From a virus (taxonomy: Duplodnaviria; Caudoviricetes), in the IMG/VR virus record IMGVR_UViG_3300049144_000095, positions 64,001 to 128,000 of that record: a stretch of 64,000 nucleotides of DNA; one strand, 5' to 3'. This document shows positions 18,014 to 27,114 of the stretch, one piece after another. The translations under genes were made by a program, and so were the position numbers. The notes beneath the pieces are model-generated. The model ran no database searches. It was not told the DNA's origin and saw only the letters and a program-made list of their open reading frames with translations. How positions within the stretch are numbered: the stretch's first letter is position 1; each line of letters opens with the position of its first letter.

Positions 18014-18054
18014 CAGAGGTGCCAAAAGTCCCGAAAGGACGCCTGGCACCTCTG
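18014..18054. terminator. 11-bp hairpin
   Basis: CAGAGGTGCCA / TGGCACCTCTG just past a minus-strand stop. Confidence 0.55.
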
Positions 18055-18058
18055 CTGA

Positions 18059-18265
18059 TCACTTCTCCGAGGCTTCGGCCGCTGCCACGACGGCCGCCGC
18101 GTTCAGTTCCGGCCCGGCATCCGGTCCCTGGTAGTTGCCGCCGCAGGAGCAGTGGTGACCGTCGTAGATGTAGCAGTACTTGAAGTGCGGGCCGCCAGGC
18201 AGACGGTTGTTGTTCAGGACGGTCTGAAGGGTCAGGAAGTTCACGGTCGATGTCCTCTCGCTCAT
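18059..18265 (-). CDS. Hypothetical protein
   Basis: AAGGAG SD. Confidence 0.55.
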   Translation of the reverse strand: MSERTSTVNFLTLQTVLNNNRLPGGPHFKYCYIYDGHHCSCGGNYQGPDAGPELNAAAVVAAAEASEK

Positions 18266-18272
18266 GACGGTC

Positions 18273-18509
18273 TCACTCCTTGTCGGCGAAGGCGCTGCCG
18301 CCCTGGCTCTCCAGCTCGGCGAGACGCACCAAGTCGCTGGCGGCGCGATTGGTCACGCCGTATTTCTTGCGAAGGAAGGTGGCGGCGAGGCGCAGTGTCC
18401 CTTCATGTCCCTGCTCGGCCTTCAGGTCAGCCACCAGCTCTTCGGCGCGCTGGAGACCGACCTTCTCCGTCAGGAGGTGGATGATTTGGTCTTCGGCGGA
18501 TGCGGTCAC
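18273..18509 (-). CDS. Hypothetical protein
   Basis: GTG start re-called (VTASAEDQ). Confidence 0.55.
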   Translation of the reverse strand: MTASAEDQIIHLLTEKVGLQRAEELVADLKAEQGHEGTLRLAATFLRKKYGVTNRAASDLVRLAELESQGGSAFADKE

Positions 18510-18555
18510 GCTCGGTACCCTCGTTCCTTGTTGATCCTTGAGGCGCTGTCGATGT

Positions 18556-18879
18556 TCACGTTTCCTGTGCAAGCTTGCGCGCATGGGCCTCGACGAGGTC
18601 CGCCAGTCCAAGGAGGGACCGCGCGATCCCGCCGGACCAGTCGTGCCCCTCGCGACGAATGGCCTCCGCGTCGCCGGATTGCACGGCAGCGTCCACCATC
18701 TCGCGGACTCGATCGGCCACAGGGGCGGCGAGGAGGATGAGATCTTCCCGTACCCGTCGGTGAGCTTCAGCGAGGTCGGCCACATGGCAGATGTCCTCAC
18801 AGGTACCGCCCTTGCCCGGTCCGGTGTGCCAGCCGTTGATGCAGGGCCCGCACAGACTGGACCATCGGTGCTGTGACAT
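18556..18879 (-). CDS. Hypothetical protein
   Basis: LCGPC...H...C. Confidence 0.6.
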   Translation of the reverse strand: MSQHRWSSLCGPCINGWHTGPGKGGTCEDICHVADLAEAHRRVREDLILLAAPVADRVREMVDAAVQSGDAEAIRREGHDWSGGIARSLLGLADLVEAHARKLAQET

Positions 18880-19109
18880 CAGTCCTCCTGGAAGAACGCG
18901 GGTCCGTCGTACTGTCGGAGCACCAGGCGGCGCCCTTTGTGCTTCTCGCGAGTCGACTGGAAGTGCGACACGGTGTCCTCCAGGGCCGTCTCACCGGCGT
19001 TGCTGCCGAAGCTGATGAGTTCACCAGTGACGGCATCGTGGATGCGGTAGTGCACCCAGTTCAGCTCGGCGGCGGAAGTGAGCGACCTGCCCTGCCAGAT
19101 GTCAGCCAT
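18879..19109 (-). CDS. Hypothetical protein
   Basis: MADIWQG; coupled. Confidence 0.6.
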   Translation of the reverse strand: MADIWQGRSLTSAAELNWVHYRIHDAVTGELISFGSNAGETALEDTVSHFQSTREKHKGRRLVLRQYDGPAFFQED

Positions 19110-19482
19110 GTCGCGCCTCGGCATCGTTGGCCCGCGCGATCTCGGCCTCGGCCAACTGGTCAAGTTCCGAATCCGCGAGGAGGACGAAAGCCGCCCTGGG
19201 TACCCAGCCGACCGTCGCTTCGACTCCCACCTGACGAACGTTGTCGCGACTTCCTCGCGCCTGATAGGCGCTCTCGAAGTACTTTGATTCCGCTTCCGGG
19301 AACCGGCCGTTCGGTATGGTCTTCACCCGGTAGAGTCGGTCGCCACCCTCGGTGCTGGCAGTGCGATCCGGGGCGGATGCGAGGAGGGCGTTCAGAAGAG
19401 AACAGGCGTCCTCGGCGTCCATCCCGGACCGGATGAGGTGGGTGAGGGTGAGTGATCGGTAGCGTGCGTGGCCGATGCTCAC
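19102..19482 (-). CDS. Hypothetical protein
   Basis: GCGGAAGGGGGGAGG SD. Confidence 0.6.
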   Translation of the reverse strand: MSIGHARYRSLTLTHLIRSGMDAEDACSLLNALLASAPDRTASTEGGDRLYRVKTIPNGRFPEAESKYFESAYQARGSRDNVRQVGVEATVGWVPRAAFVLLADSELDQLAEAEIARANDAEARHG

Positions 19483-19751
19483 GAGCCTCCCCCCTTCCGC
19501 TCGGCTGCGTACAGCTCGACGGTCTCCTTGGTGGCCGCGTAGCGTGCGGCGGCTACGATGAACTGCTGAATGTCCTGGGCGAGGGAGTTCACCCTGCCGG
19601 TGGCAATGCCGGAGTCGACGTCCCCCGCGAGGCGGGCGGCGGCTTCTGCGATGTCCTGGGCGTCACGAGTGAGGCTGGCCCTGGCGTTCTCCAGTCGAGA
19701 TGTGAGGGCGCGCTCGACCGTGTACGGAGATGCCTTGTCGTTGTTGTTCAA
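19479..19751 (-). CDS. Helical hypothetical protein
   Basis: ACGGAAGGGAG SD; first gene after operator 19790. Confidence 0.65.
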   Translation of the reverse strand: MNNNDKASPYTVERALTSRLENARASLTRDAQDIAEAAARLAGDVDSGIATGRVNSLAQDIQQFIVAAARYAATKETVELYAAERKGGGS

Positions 19752-19789
19752 GTTCCTTCTCCCTTCCGTGTGTTCAAGTCTACCGGAAA

Positions 19790-19801
19790 TGACCTAGGCC
19801 G
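19790..19801. promoter_or_regulatory. Palindromic operator-like site between divergent promoters
   Basis: TGACCTAGGCCG; minus TAGACT at 19777-19782, plus TACGCT near 19825. Confidence 0.75.
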
Positions 19802-19837
19802 TGGAGGCCGAGTCTCATTGTGGCTACGCTGTTCCCC

Positions 19838-20239
19838 ATGTCTGAGAAATGGGGGGCGGGCGACCAGCCTTGGCTGCGACGCCATCAGCCCGAAGCAACG
19901 TACAACCCGGTTCCAGCATCGGAGCTGTTGCAGTGCCTGTTCTGTGGAGCCAGGACTCTGAAGCGCTCGGCCTCCGACCGCCCCGAGGATTCCAATCGCC
20001 TGGAACTGTACTGCGACAACAGCCGGTGCGATGCCCGCGAGATGGTCTTGCTGGTACTGAGGGACAAGCAGCCCGGACTCAGGGCTGACGTGAAGGCTCT
20101 CCGGCTCGTGGACGACGGCACGCTGGACGTGCACAAGGCCTTCCCGCCCGAGGTGAAGTCGGACGACCTGTTCGACCTCCTGGAAGACCGGCCGAACATC
20201 GTCGGCCGCCGGATGCGCAAGACGTCCACGGACGGCTGA
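19838..20239 (+). CDS. Zinc-ribbon hypothetical protein, probably leaderless
   Basis: CLFC...CDNSRC; TACGCT 7 nt before ATG. Confidence 0.6.
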   Translation: MSEKWGAGDQPWLRRHQPEATYNPVPASELLQCLFCGARTLKRSASDRPEDSNRLELYCDNSRCDAREMVLLVLRDKQPGLRADVKALRLVDDGTLDVHKAFPPEVKSDDLFDLLEDRPNIVGRRMRKTSTDG

Positions 20240-20294
20240 CCCCCCATCGGGCGGCCTGCGTCGAGCTGCGGAAAAGTCGCCCGATGCAGGCCGC

Positions 20295-20954
20295 CTAGTC
20301 TTCGAGGTGCGCCGGGGATGCATCGTTCAGCCGGATCAGTTGCTCTTGTGCCTCGTTGCGCTGCCGCAGGTACTCCTCGACTTCGAAGCGTAGGGAGGCC
20401 TCGATTGAAGAGCCAAGCTCGGCGTCGGCATACCGTGCGGCCAGCCGGTACAGCAAGGCTGGCACCTGTTCGCGAGGGATTGTGCCGACGACCTGAACGT
20501 CCGGTCCGACCTTGCTGATCTTGATGTCCCACTCCTGGTCGTTCAGAGCGGTATCCAGGCGCATCTGAAGACGGGTCAACTGATCCGCATATCGACGGAT
20601 CCAGTCAGGGTGCGTGTCCTTCATCTCTGCGATGTGTCGTCCAGCATCATCGACCCACGCCAGAAGCTGTTCGTCGGTGGCGGTGTCGACCATCCACCGA
20701 AGATCCGAACGCAGCGCTTCAACCTCTTCCCTGTGTCGTTGCTGCTCCCGATTGAAGACGCCTTCCGGATGCAACACAAGAAGGAGGCCGCTGGCCGACC
20801 GAGTACCCCAGGTGCACCCACCGCTGGAGCGGTGCCGGTCCGTCCCGTGGCTCCTCGGCAGTATGCAGATCAGAGCTGAACCATCGAGGTCGCGAACGCG
20901 GTCACCGCAAGTTCTGGGGTGAAGAAGACGCCAGAGGGTCCTTGCGAGATTCAT
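20295..20954 (-). CDS. Hypothetical protein
   Basis: Helical, GC3-rich. Confidence 0.55.
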   Translation of the reverse strand: MNLARTLWRLLHPRTCGDRVRDLDGSALICILPRSHGTDRHRSSGGCTWGTRSASGLLLVLHPEGVFNREQQRHREEVEALRSDLRWMVDTATDEQLLAWVDDAGRHIAEMKDTHPDWIRRYADQLTRLQMRLDTALNDQEWDIKISKVGPDVQVVGTIPREQVPALLYRLAARYADAELGSSIEASLRFEVEEYLRQRNEAQEQLIRLNDASPAHLED

Positions 20955-21024
20955 GGGCCTGAGTATTCCCCAGGTGCCTCTTCCCGCGAAGGCCACGGGA
21001 AGAGGCGACGCCTATGATAGTTCA

Positions 21025-21237
21025 GTGCCAACCGACTACCGCGAGCCCCATGTTGACTGCGACAACTGCGGAGCGCACGCCGACCTCCCCACGCCGCCTG
21101 GCGCCCACTACAGCGTTGGCCGGAAGAAGCTGGCCGAGGCGGGCTGGACCTACCGGCCCAACCATGCTGAGCGGCCTTTGGTCATGCTGCCGCACACGTA
21201 CATCTGGAACTGCCCAGACTGTCCTTCCGTGGACTAG
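21025..21237 (+). CDS. Small zinc-binding protein, probably leaderless
   Basis: CDNC...CPDC; TATGAT 6 nt before GTG. Confidence 0.5.
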   Translation: MPTDYREPHVDCDNCGAHADLPTPPGAHYSVGRKKLAEAGWTYRPNHAERPLVMLPHTYIWNCPDCPSVD

Positions 21238-21401
21238 AGGCGCCACAGGCCAGCGCAGTGACAGCCGCGCTTGACGCTGTGACGGCGGCCCCAGCCCCAG
21301 AAGATCTCGTCGCAGGGCTGGCAGTACTTCTTCCAGCCGATCTGCCACAGCAGGTACTCCCACTCCGCCTTGACCCACGTCTTTGTTACGGGGTGGGTCA
21401 T
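21234..21401 (-). CDS. Small Trp/Cys-rich protein (55 aa)
   Basis: MTHPVTKTW...YCQPCDEIFWGW; overlap-coupled. Confidence 0.45.
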   Translation of the reverse strand: MTHPVTKTWVKAEWEYLLWQIGWKKYCQPCDEIFWGWGRRHSVKRGCHCAGLWRL

Positions 21402-21865
21402 GTCCACCACCGTCGGATGTCGGCGCCACGATGACGGGCGTACGCCACCATCTCCTCCATGCGCCTTACGTCCTCATGGGTGCGGCTGGGCCAGGCGCGC
21501 TGAAGGAACCACACCTCCCAGGTGTCGAGCTGGCACCCTTGCATGTCTTCGAACCTGACGGCGACCTTGCATTCGGCTGGGTCGAACTCGGACTCCCGCA
21601 TGAACAGCCGGGCGACGCGAACGCTCGATGCAATGATCATCCGCCGAACGGGCTGGCGCTGCACGCCCTCCCCGTCGTAGCGATAGAACCAGAGCGGCCC
21701 CTCGTTGCCCGGGTTCACCTCGCGACGGTAGACCAGCTTGCGTACTCCGTGACCGTTGCTCGCGTGCATGATCTGGTAGGTCTCCGGGGGGTTCATCGGA
21801 TCCCCGGAGATCACAAGGTCTGTTCCGTCGGCCGGACCTTCCACCAGCCGGACCTCTACGGGCAT
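21398..21865 (-). CDS. Hypothetical protein
   Basis: MPVEVRLVEGPADG start re-called. Confidence 0.55.
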   Translation of the reverse strand: MPVEVRLVEGPADGTDLVISGDPMNPPETYQIMHASNGHGVRKLVYRREVNPGNEGPLWFYRYDGEGVQRQPVRRMIIASSVRVARLFMRESEFDPAECKVAVRFEDMQGCQLDTWEVWFLQRAWPSRTHEDVRRMEEMVAYARHRGADIRRWWT

Positions 21866-21878
21866 ACCGCCAACCCCT

Positions 21879-22190
21879 TCAGTCGTGTGATCCGATCCAG
21901 TCGAACTGGCCAGGGTCGTCCCGGTACAGGGCGACCAGCGTCTCCTCGTGGGGCTCCAGCGGGGCGCGGCACACCTCGCTGCCGCAACACGGCGACAAGG
22001 CGAATCGGCAGCCGGTCTTGAGGAGCAGCAAGGTGTCCCGGCACTCGGCGCAGAATCCGTGCAGCAGGTTGTCCGGGTCATCCCGCCGGTCGCACCCGGC
22101 ACAGATCGGGTTGACAGGGTTGGCCCGGTCCCAGTCCCGCTTGGCCTTGTGGCGGCCCAAGGCTGCAATGATCTCCCGCTCTTCGTTCAC
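21879..22190 (-). CDS. Cys-rich hypothetical protein
   Basis: CAGC...CAEC...CC...C. Confidence 0.6.
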   Translation of the reverse strand: MNEEREIIAALGRHKAKRDWDRANPVNPICAGCDRRDDPDNLLHGFCAECRDTLLLLKTGCRFALSPCCGSEVCRAPLEPHEETLVALYRDDPGQFDWIGSHD

Positions 22191-22199
22191 GCGTCCCCC

Positions 22200-22604
22200 T
22201 CACAGCCCCTTGCGCAGCTCGTGCAGTGTCGGCCCCTCGCCGTTCTTCGTGCGCCACAGCGTCCACCCGTTGATGACGTTACCCGTCACCGCCTCGGCTG
22301 CCTTCGAGGGAGACCAGAACACTTCGGAATGACCTTCGACCACGATGCCGCCGTTGGCCTGTACCCGAGCCCGCCCAGTGCGCTTCGCCCTCCGCTGATA
22401 GAAGGCCAGCTCCTCTTCCGGCTTGAGGAGGCCTGCCTTGAGCAGTCTGGCCAACTGCCCCTTGATCACAGTTTGGCCGGGAGGCAGTGCAGGTTCGATC
22501 CTGTCGGGTCCGAGCTTGATGCTGATGCTGATGACGTCGGTGGCCCCCGCGTTGGCCAGGCGAGCAATCACCGTGGGGTCAAGATCGATCTTGAGTGTAG
22601 TCAT
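22200..22604 (-). CDS. RAMA-domain (DUF4357-like) protein
   Basis: LLKAGLLKP...FWSPSKAAEAVTGNVINGWTLWR...TLHELR. Confidence 0.75.
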   Translation of the reverse strand: MTTLKIDLDPTVIARLANAGATDVISISIKLGPDRIEPALPPGQTVIKGQLARLLKAGLLKPEEELAFYQRRAKRTGRARVQANGGIVVEGHSEVFWSPSKAAEAVTGNVINGWTLWRTKNGEGPTLHELRKGL

Positions 22605-22705
22605 GCGTGCCCCTGTTCGGCTGTTGTCCTCCTGTGCAGCATAGCATTTCAGCGACGCAGGAGGACTGATAGACTAACGCTGCAAGCCGAAGGGGAGGGT
22701 GACCA

Positions 22706-23668
22706 GTGAAAGATCGTCGCGAGGTGGAGCAGGGTGTTCTCGACGAATCCCTGATGGACGAGATCGTGCAGCTCTATGAGGCTGGTGTGCCTATTGCGCA
22801 CATCGTCGCTCAACTGCGTGAACGAGGGCTGGCTGCCAACTGGCACTGGGTCGATGCCGCCCTGGACCGATGCCAGATCATCCGGCACTCCAAGGCTGGG
22901 GTGATTCCCAGGGGGGCGACGGAAGGATTCTCCGTCGGCACACTCAAGCGGATCTGGGGCGAGGTGATCTCGACTGGACGAGGGGATGGCGCCCGTGTGG
23001 TGCGCCGAGGTGACCTTGTTCATCGCCGTCGAATGCGCGCCACTTTTCAGACATACGGCACTTTCGGAGGAAGAGGTCTCCCCGTCGGCGACGACGGACA
23101 TTCCAGGTTGAATAAGTATCTACTGACCGTTCTTGCAGAGCGGCATGCAGAAGGGAAGGGTGAAACTCTGCGCAGTCTGGCCGCGCGCATCAGAATGGAT
23201 GAATCTTCCCTGGCCCACTCCCTTCGAGACGCCGGGTATGTTGTCCAAACCAATGCCGAATGGACAGAACGAGAGCTACAGCGGCTGACCGGCGAGATCG
23301 TCAGCATGTATCGCGATGAAGAGAAGCCCTTGCCGATGATTCTCGATCAGCTTCGGCGGCAGTATGAAGTGTTCATTTCAGAACGCAGGCTGAGGAGTCT
23401 TCTTGAGGGTCAGGATGTCCCCATCCGGACCGAGCACCCTCGCTCGCGACCCGCAAGCATGCCACCTTCCGACTCCCGCTGGCGGAAGATACACGGACGC
23501 GAAGAAGAGCTGGCGCAGTCCATTCTCGACAGGAAACAGACGACGCGAGCAATTGCCGACGAGCTTGGCGTCGATCACATCTGGCTCGCCCAGGCGCTGC
23601 GTCGCACCGGTCATCTGCCTGACATGCCGTTGCACCACTACTGGGCCTGGAAGAAGTCTCAGGGCTGA
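22706..23668 (+). CDS. Multi-HTH DNA-binding protein
   Basis: Several HTH-like segments (VPIAHIVAQL, TLRSLAARI, TTRAIADELGV). Confidence 0.6.
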   Translation: MKDRREVEQGVLDESLMDEIVQLYEAGVPIAHIVAQLRERGLAANWHWVDAALDRCQIIRHSKAGVIPRGATEGFSVGTLKRIWGEVISTGRGDGARVVRRGDLVHRRRMRATFQTYGTFGGRGLPVGDDGHSRLNKYLLTVLAERHAEGKGETLRSLAARIRMDESSLAHSLRDAGYVVQTNAEWTERELQRLTGEIVSMYRDEEKPLPMILDQLRRQYEVFISERRLRSLLEGQDVPIRTEHPRSRPASMPPSDSRWRKIHGREEELAQSILDRKQTTRAIADELGVDHIWLAQALRRTGHLPDMPLHHYWAWKKSQG

Positions 23669-23714
23669 CGAGGGGGAAATGAACGAAGATGCCGGGCGAG
23701 CTGACCTTTCCCCC

Positions 23715-24305
23715 TCAAGCGGCCTCGCGGTGGCCGCCCAGCTCTTCGAAGACCAGCCCGACGAAGAAGCCGTCCAGCCAGTGGCTGCCCACCAGCGCCT
23801 TGACTGCTGCATGGTTGGCCACTGGCACCTCCTGGGCCAGGATGTTGCGCGCCTGAAACGACCGGACGGTGCTCACGAAGCCCAAGGTGTCCAGGTGGAT
23901 GACCTTGGCGAAGATCTCGGTGCGGCTCTGCTCGTCGGCCTGTGCGAGCTTGTGGTTGATGTTCGCCAGCGCGATGCGGTCCAGGAAAGCCTCCGACTTT
24001 CGACCCCTGCCTTCCTGGGCGTACGCCAGCGCGCCGAAGGTGAACCCTTCAGCCCAGGCCGCTCCGAGCCTCATCAGCAGCTCGTCCGGCGTGGAGTTCT
24101 CCAGCCTGACCTTCTGCGAGGTCTCTTCAGTCCGGCGCTTCCCGTGGTTCATCACCATGTCGTAGTCGAAGCGCCGGTTCAGTGCCTGCTCCGGTCCGAC
24201 CTTCACGATCTCCGCCTCGATGGCGTTGGTTGCGTCCACGATGCGCTCGTAGTCCGGATCGCCACTGGGGCGGTTCTCGTCGATCCACCGCTGCTGGTCC
24301 TGCAC
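23715..24305 (-). CDS. Hypothetical protein with two internal repeats
   Basis: AWAEGFTFGAL and HWLDGFFVGL motifs. Confidence 0.6.
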   Translation of the reverse strand: MQDQQRWIDENRPSGDPDYERIVDATNAIEAEIVKVGPEQALNRRFDYDMVMNHGKRRTEETSQKVRLENSTPDELLMRLGAAWAEGFTFGALAYAQEGRGRKSEAFLDRIALANINHKLAQADEQSRTEIFAKVIHLDTLGFVSTVRSFQARNILAQEVPVANHAAVKALVGSHWLDGFFVGLVFEELGGHREAA

Positions 24306-24364
24306 TTTTCTCTCCTCTTTCCGGGGGTCAGTCGATCTTAGACTGACGCCCCAGGAAGGCAGCG

Positions 24365-24634
24365 TCAGGTGGGTGACTCGCTGAGCGGGGCGATGGCGGT
24401 GTAGCAGGGACGGCACAGAACCAGGACGCCTGTGGCGTCAGCCGGGCTCTTTTCCTGTTCCCTTGGATTGAGCAGGTGCAGCAGGAGGCCGGGCTCGGCG
24501 GCGGACATGCACGATCCGTCTCCGTCGTGATAGAAGCGGCAGATGCAGCGGCATCCGCCGGGTCGGTGCTGCTGCCAGGTGAACGGCCAGGTCTCCTTGA
24601 GATAGAGCACGGGAAGCTCCGGCTCACCAGTCAC
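24365..24634 (-). CDS. Cys/His-rich hypothetical protein
   Basis: CRCICRFYH...C...CRPC. Confidence 0.55.
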   Translation of the reverse strand: MTGEPELPVLYLKETWPFTWQQHRPGGCRCICRFYHDGDGSCMSAAEPGLLLHLLNPREQEKSPADATGVLVLCRPCYTAIAPLSESPT

Positions 24635-24636
24635 GT

Positions 24637-25161
24637 CTACGCCTTCGGTTCGGGCAGCTTTTCGATCATTTCGCTGGTCAGGGTAACCCGGCCGAGGTTC
24701 AGGAAGATGTCCATCATCCTCATCTCGATCCAGGTTTCGGCAGGGTTGAACCCCTTGGCTCGCATGACTCGCTGGTACTTCGCCGGGATGTCCACGAGGA
24801 TGCCGGAGACGTTGTCCTCTCGCAGCTTCTCGCTCAGCTCCAGGGCCTGCGAGGTGAGATCAACGCCCAACTCCTGCCATTCCGGGCGGACCCGGCGGAC
24901 ATAGAGCCTGCCCGGCCCGTTGGGGAGCTTCAAGTACACGGTTGCGTCCTCGGGGGCGCTGACCTTGCCGGTCTCGGCGCCGTGCCAGACGCAAGGTGCC
25001 TTGATCATGGACAGGCACCACTCGACGAAGACCGGCGGCGGGATCACCTTCGTGTCCCAGCCCCACTCCACTACGCAGCCGCACGACTGCTGAAGAGGGG
25101 TCCAGTGGAGATCACTGGGCATGCCGTCCCGCCGCCCACGGTTCTGCTTCACGCGTCCCAT
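24637..25161 (-). CDS. Hypothetical protein
   Basis: QSCGC...CVWH; start uncertain. Confidence 0.55.
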   Translation of the reverse strand: MGRVKQNRGRRDGMPSDLHWTPLQQSCGCVVEWGWDTKVIPPPVFVEWCLSMIKAPCVWHGAETGKVSAPEDATVYLKLPNGPGRLYVRRVRPEWQELGVDLTSQALELSEKLREDNVSGILVDIPAKYQRVMRAKGFNPAETWIEMRMMDIFLNLGRVTLTSEMIEKLPEPKA

Positions 25162-25294
25162 GCGCCGAAGTATGCACTGCCGCAGGGTATTTGAGTGAAC
25201 GTTGGCCAAGGCTCCGGTCGAGTGGAGCCGCCGGTCCGCCGGGCTGTCCAGGGTGGGGCAGGCTCAAGGGAGATTGAATGCACGGCTGCCACGT

Positions 25295-25504
25295 TCAAGA
25301 CGGCTGACGCCTGGAGGGTGCGTCGGACTCCAGGAAGAGGGGGGGGGGGGCGGACAGAGCCGGTACGCCCAGCTCCAGGTCGGCCGACTCCTCCCGCCCC
25401 CTATCCGCCAGAAATGCTGCACTGGCTTGCATGTAGGTTTCGTCGGTGTCGGTCATGCGGCGCCGTACGGCCTTCTTGAAGGCGCTGTTGCTGTTCTTGG
25501 TCAT
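25295..25504 (-). CDS. Hypothetical protein containing a C12 tract
   Basis: MTKNSNSAFKKAVRRRM...GETY-like N-terminus. Confidence 0.55.
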   Translation of the reverse strand: MTKNSNSAFKKAVRRRMTDTDETYMQASAAFLADRGREESADLELGVPALSAPPPLFLESDAPSRRQPS

Positions 25505-25539
25505 GCCGCGACCCTGCGGCGCAGAGGGGTCAACGGGCT

Positions 25540-25755
25540 TCAGTCCGTTCGACGCATCCCGCGATCGTGGAACCGGCGCAGCGTCTCTGCCAGCTCTTCC
25601 GCGATGACCTCGTGGCCCTCGGGCAGCAGCTTCCCTGCCTGATGCCGAAGGAAGGTGCCTTCGGGGGCGAGCCGGTGGACCAGGATCCGCAGCTCATCCA
25701 GGGAGACCGTGATTGCGGCCCGGTCCGGCTGGGGGACGTTCTCGATGTCAGCCAC
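25540..25755 (-). CDS. Hypothetical protein
   Basis: GTG start re-called; overlap-coupled. Confidence 0.5.
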   Translation of the reverse strand: MADIENVPQPDRAAITVSLDELRILVHRLAPEGTFLRHQAGKLLPEGHEVIAEELAETLRRFHDRGMRRTD

Positions 25756-26140
25756 TCCCGGTGGCCCCCTCTCGTTTCTTGGCCGCTTCGTAACGGGCGC
25801 GGGCTGCGATGAACGCCGCCTCCGTACCCCCGCGATCAGGATGCGCTTCGGCCATCGCCGCGCGCAGCTCGGCAAGCAGCGGCGTCTTCCTGTAATCGGG
25901 AAGTTCCGGAGGCTTCAGGTGGAGGCGGCGCAGGGTGTACCCGTGGTAGACCTCGCCGTCCGTCTCGATCCTCTGTCGGTCGACGAACCCGGTCCGGCCG
26001 TTGCCGTACCTGAAGTAGATCCGCTTCGGAGTCCTCTTCGTGATCTCGTGACGGAGGATCTGGTAGTTGCCGAGGGCGCCGTCGTCCCAGTTGGCATCCC
26101 ACAGCTCGTACAGGTACTCGGTCGGCGCCAGCTCACCCAC
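25748..26140 (-). CDS. Protein with C-terminal minimal J-domain (HPD motif)
   Basis: LRAAMAEAHPDRGGTEAAFIAARARYE. Confidence 0.65.
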   Translation of the reverse strand: MGELAPTEYLYELWDANWDDGALGNYQILRHEITKRTPKRIYFRYGNGRTGFVDRQRIETDGEVYHGYTLRRLHLKPPELPDYRKTPLLAELRAAMAEAHPDRGGTEAAFIAARARYEAAKKREGATGSG

Positions 26141-26723
26141 GACCAGGTACCTGCGGGATCAGGACGTCGACACCACAGTCAGGGTGCGTGCAGATGCCGC
26201 CGTACGGCAGGTCATCAGCCGTCACCGGATAGAAGTCCGGATCGGGCTCGGGCGGGACATGGCTCAGGCAGCGCAGGATGCGGCCACCCTGAGACCTGTA
26301 CGCGACAATGGGTGCCTCGCTGGCCCGACGGCGCAGTTCGGCCATGACGGCGAGCGCACCCGTTTCCCGCTCGATCTCACCCTGGTCGTGCAGCTTGAGG
26401 GCCACTTCCTCGGCAATGTCAGCGGCAGCCTCCAGGGCCCTGGCATGCGTGGTCACCAACTGCCCATGCTGCCCGGTCTCGGTTGCAGGCAGCCGATGAC
26501 CCAGCTCAATCATGAAGAAGGGCGCCCAGTCCTGCCGGTAGTTGCATTCCTCGTCGGGGCAGCGCCACCCCTGCTCGGTGGCGACGAGAATCTTGACCAC
26601 GCCATGGCGGTCGTCGCCGCATGTGAACGGGTGCATGCCGCCCCGCGTCTGAAAGGCGTTCAGTGCGTGGACCTGCTCGGGTGTCCAGGGTGCCTTCTGG
26701 ATGCCTGCTTGATCGATAAGCAT
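26133..26723 (-). CDS. Zinc-binding hypothetical protein (paralog of 28703-29038)
   Basis: PWTPEQVHALN...HPFTC...LVATEQGWRCP. Confidence 0.65.
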   Translation of the reverse strand: MLIDQAGIQKAPWTPEQVHALNAFQTRGGMHPFTCGDDRHGVVKILVATEQGWRCPDEECNYRQDWAPFFMIELGHRLPATETGQHGQLVTTHARALEAAADIAEEVALKLHDQGEIERETGALAVMAELRRRASEAPIVAYRSQGGRILRCLSHVPPEPDPDFYPVTADDLPYGGICTHPDCGVDVLIPQVPGRG

Positions 26724-26749
26724 GGATCTCCTCAGCTCGGAGCTACAGG

Positions 26750-27064
26750 TCAGGACTTGCCCAGCAGGCCGAGGAGCAGGCCGGACACCCTGAAGTAAGT
26801 GTCGTAGGCCGGAGTGTCGGGTCGGACGTCTGCGAGCGCACGCATTTCGATCAGGTGCGCGATGGCGTCCACCGTCTTCCGGTCGAGCAGTTCACTTTGC
26901 GCGGCCCGGATCAGTTCCAGGCCCAGAGCTGTGGCGTCCTCTCGCGTGAAGAGGGCGTCGCTGCCCGGAGTCACGATGTCCTTCCAGGCGAGGGAGGTCT
27001 GATCTCCGTCCTGCTCGACGGTGAACTTCCGGCCGCCGACTGATGTGATCTTCTTCTGGTCCAT
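26750..27064 (-). CDS. Hypothetical protein
   Basis: CCGGAAAGAGAAGGG leader; first gene after operator 27103. Confidence 0.65.
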   Translation of the reverse strand: MDQKKITSVGGRKFTVEQDGDQTSLAWKDIVTPGSDALFTREDATALGLELIRAAQSELLDRKTVDAIAHLIEMRALADVRPDTPAYDTYFRVSGLLLGLLGKS

Positions 27065-27102
27065 GCTGCATCCCTTCTCTTTCCGGACTTCCATCCTATC
27101 GG

Positions 27103-27114
27103 TGACCTAGGCCG
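27103..27114. promoter_or_regulatory. Palindromic operator-like site
   Basis: TGACCTAGGCCG; minus TAGGAT at 27093-27098; contains the TAG stop of upstream gene. Confidence 0.75.

Noticed and set aside
20245-20296. Interleaved inverted repeats as a pseudoknot or riboswitch
   Set aside because: Lies between convergent stops; adequately explained as a bidirectional terminator
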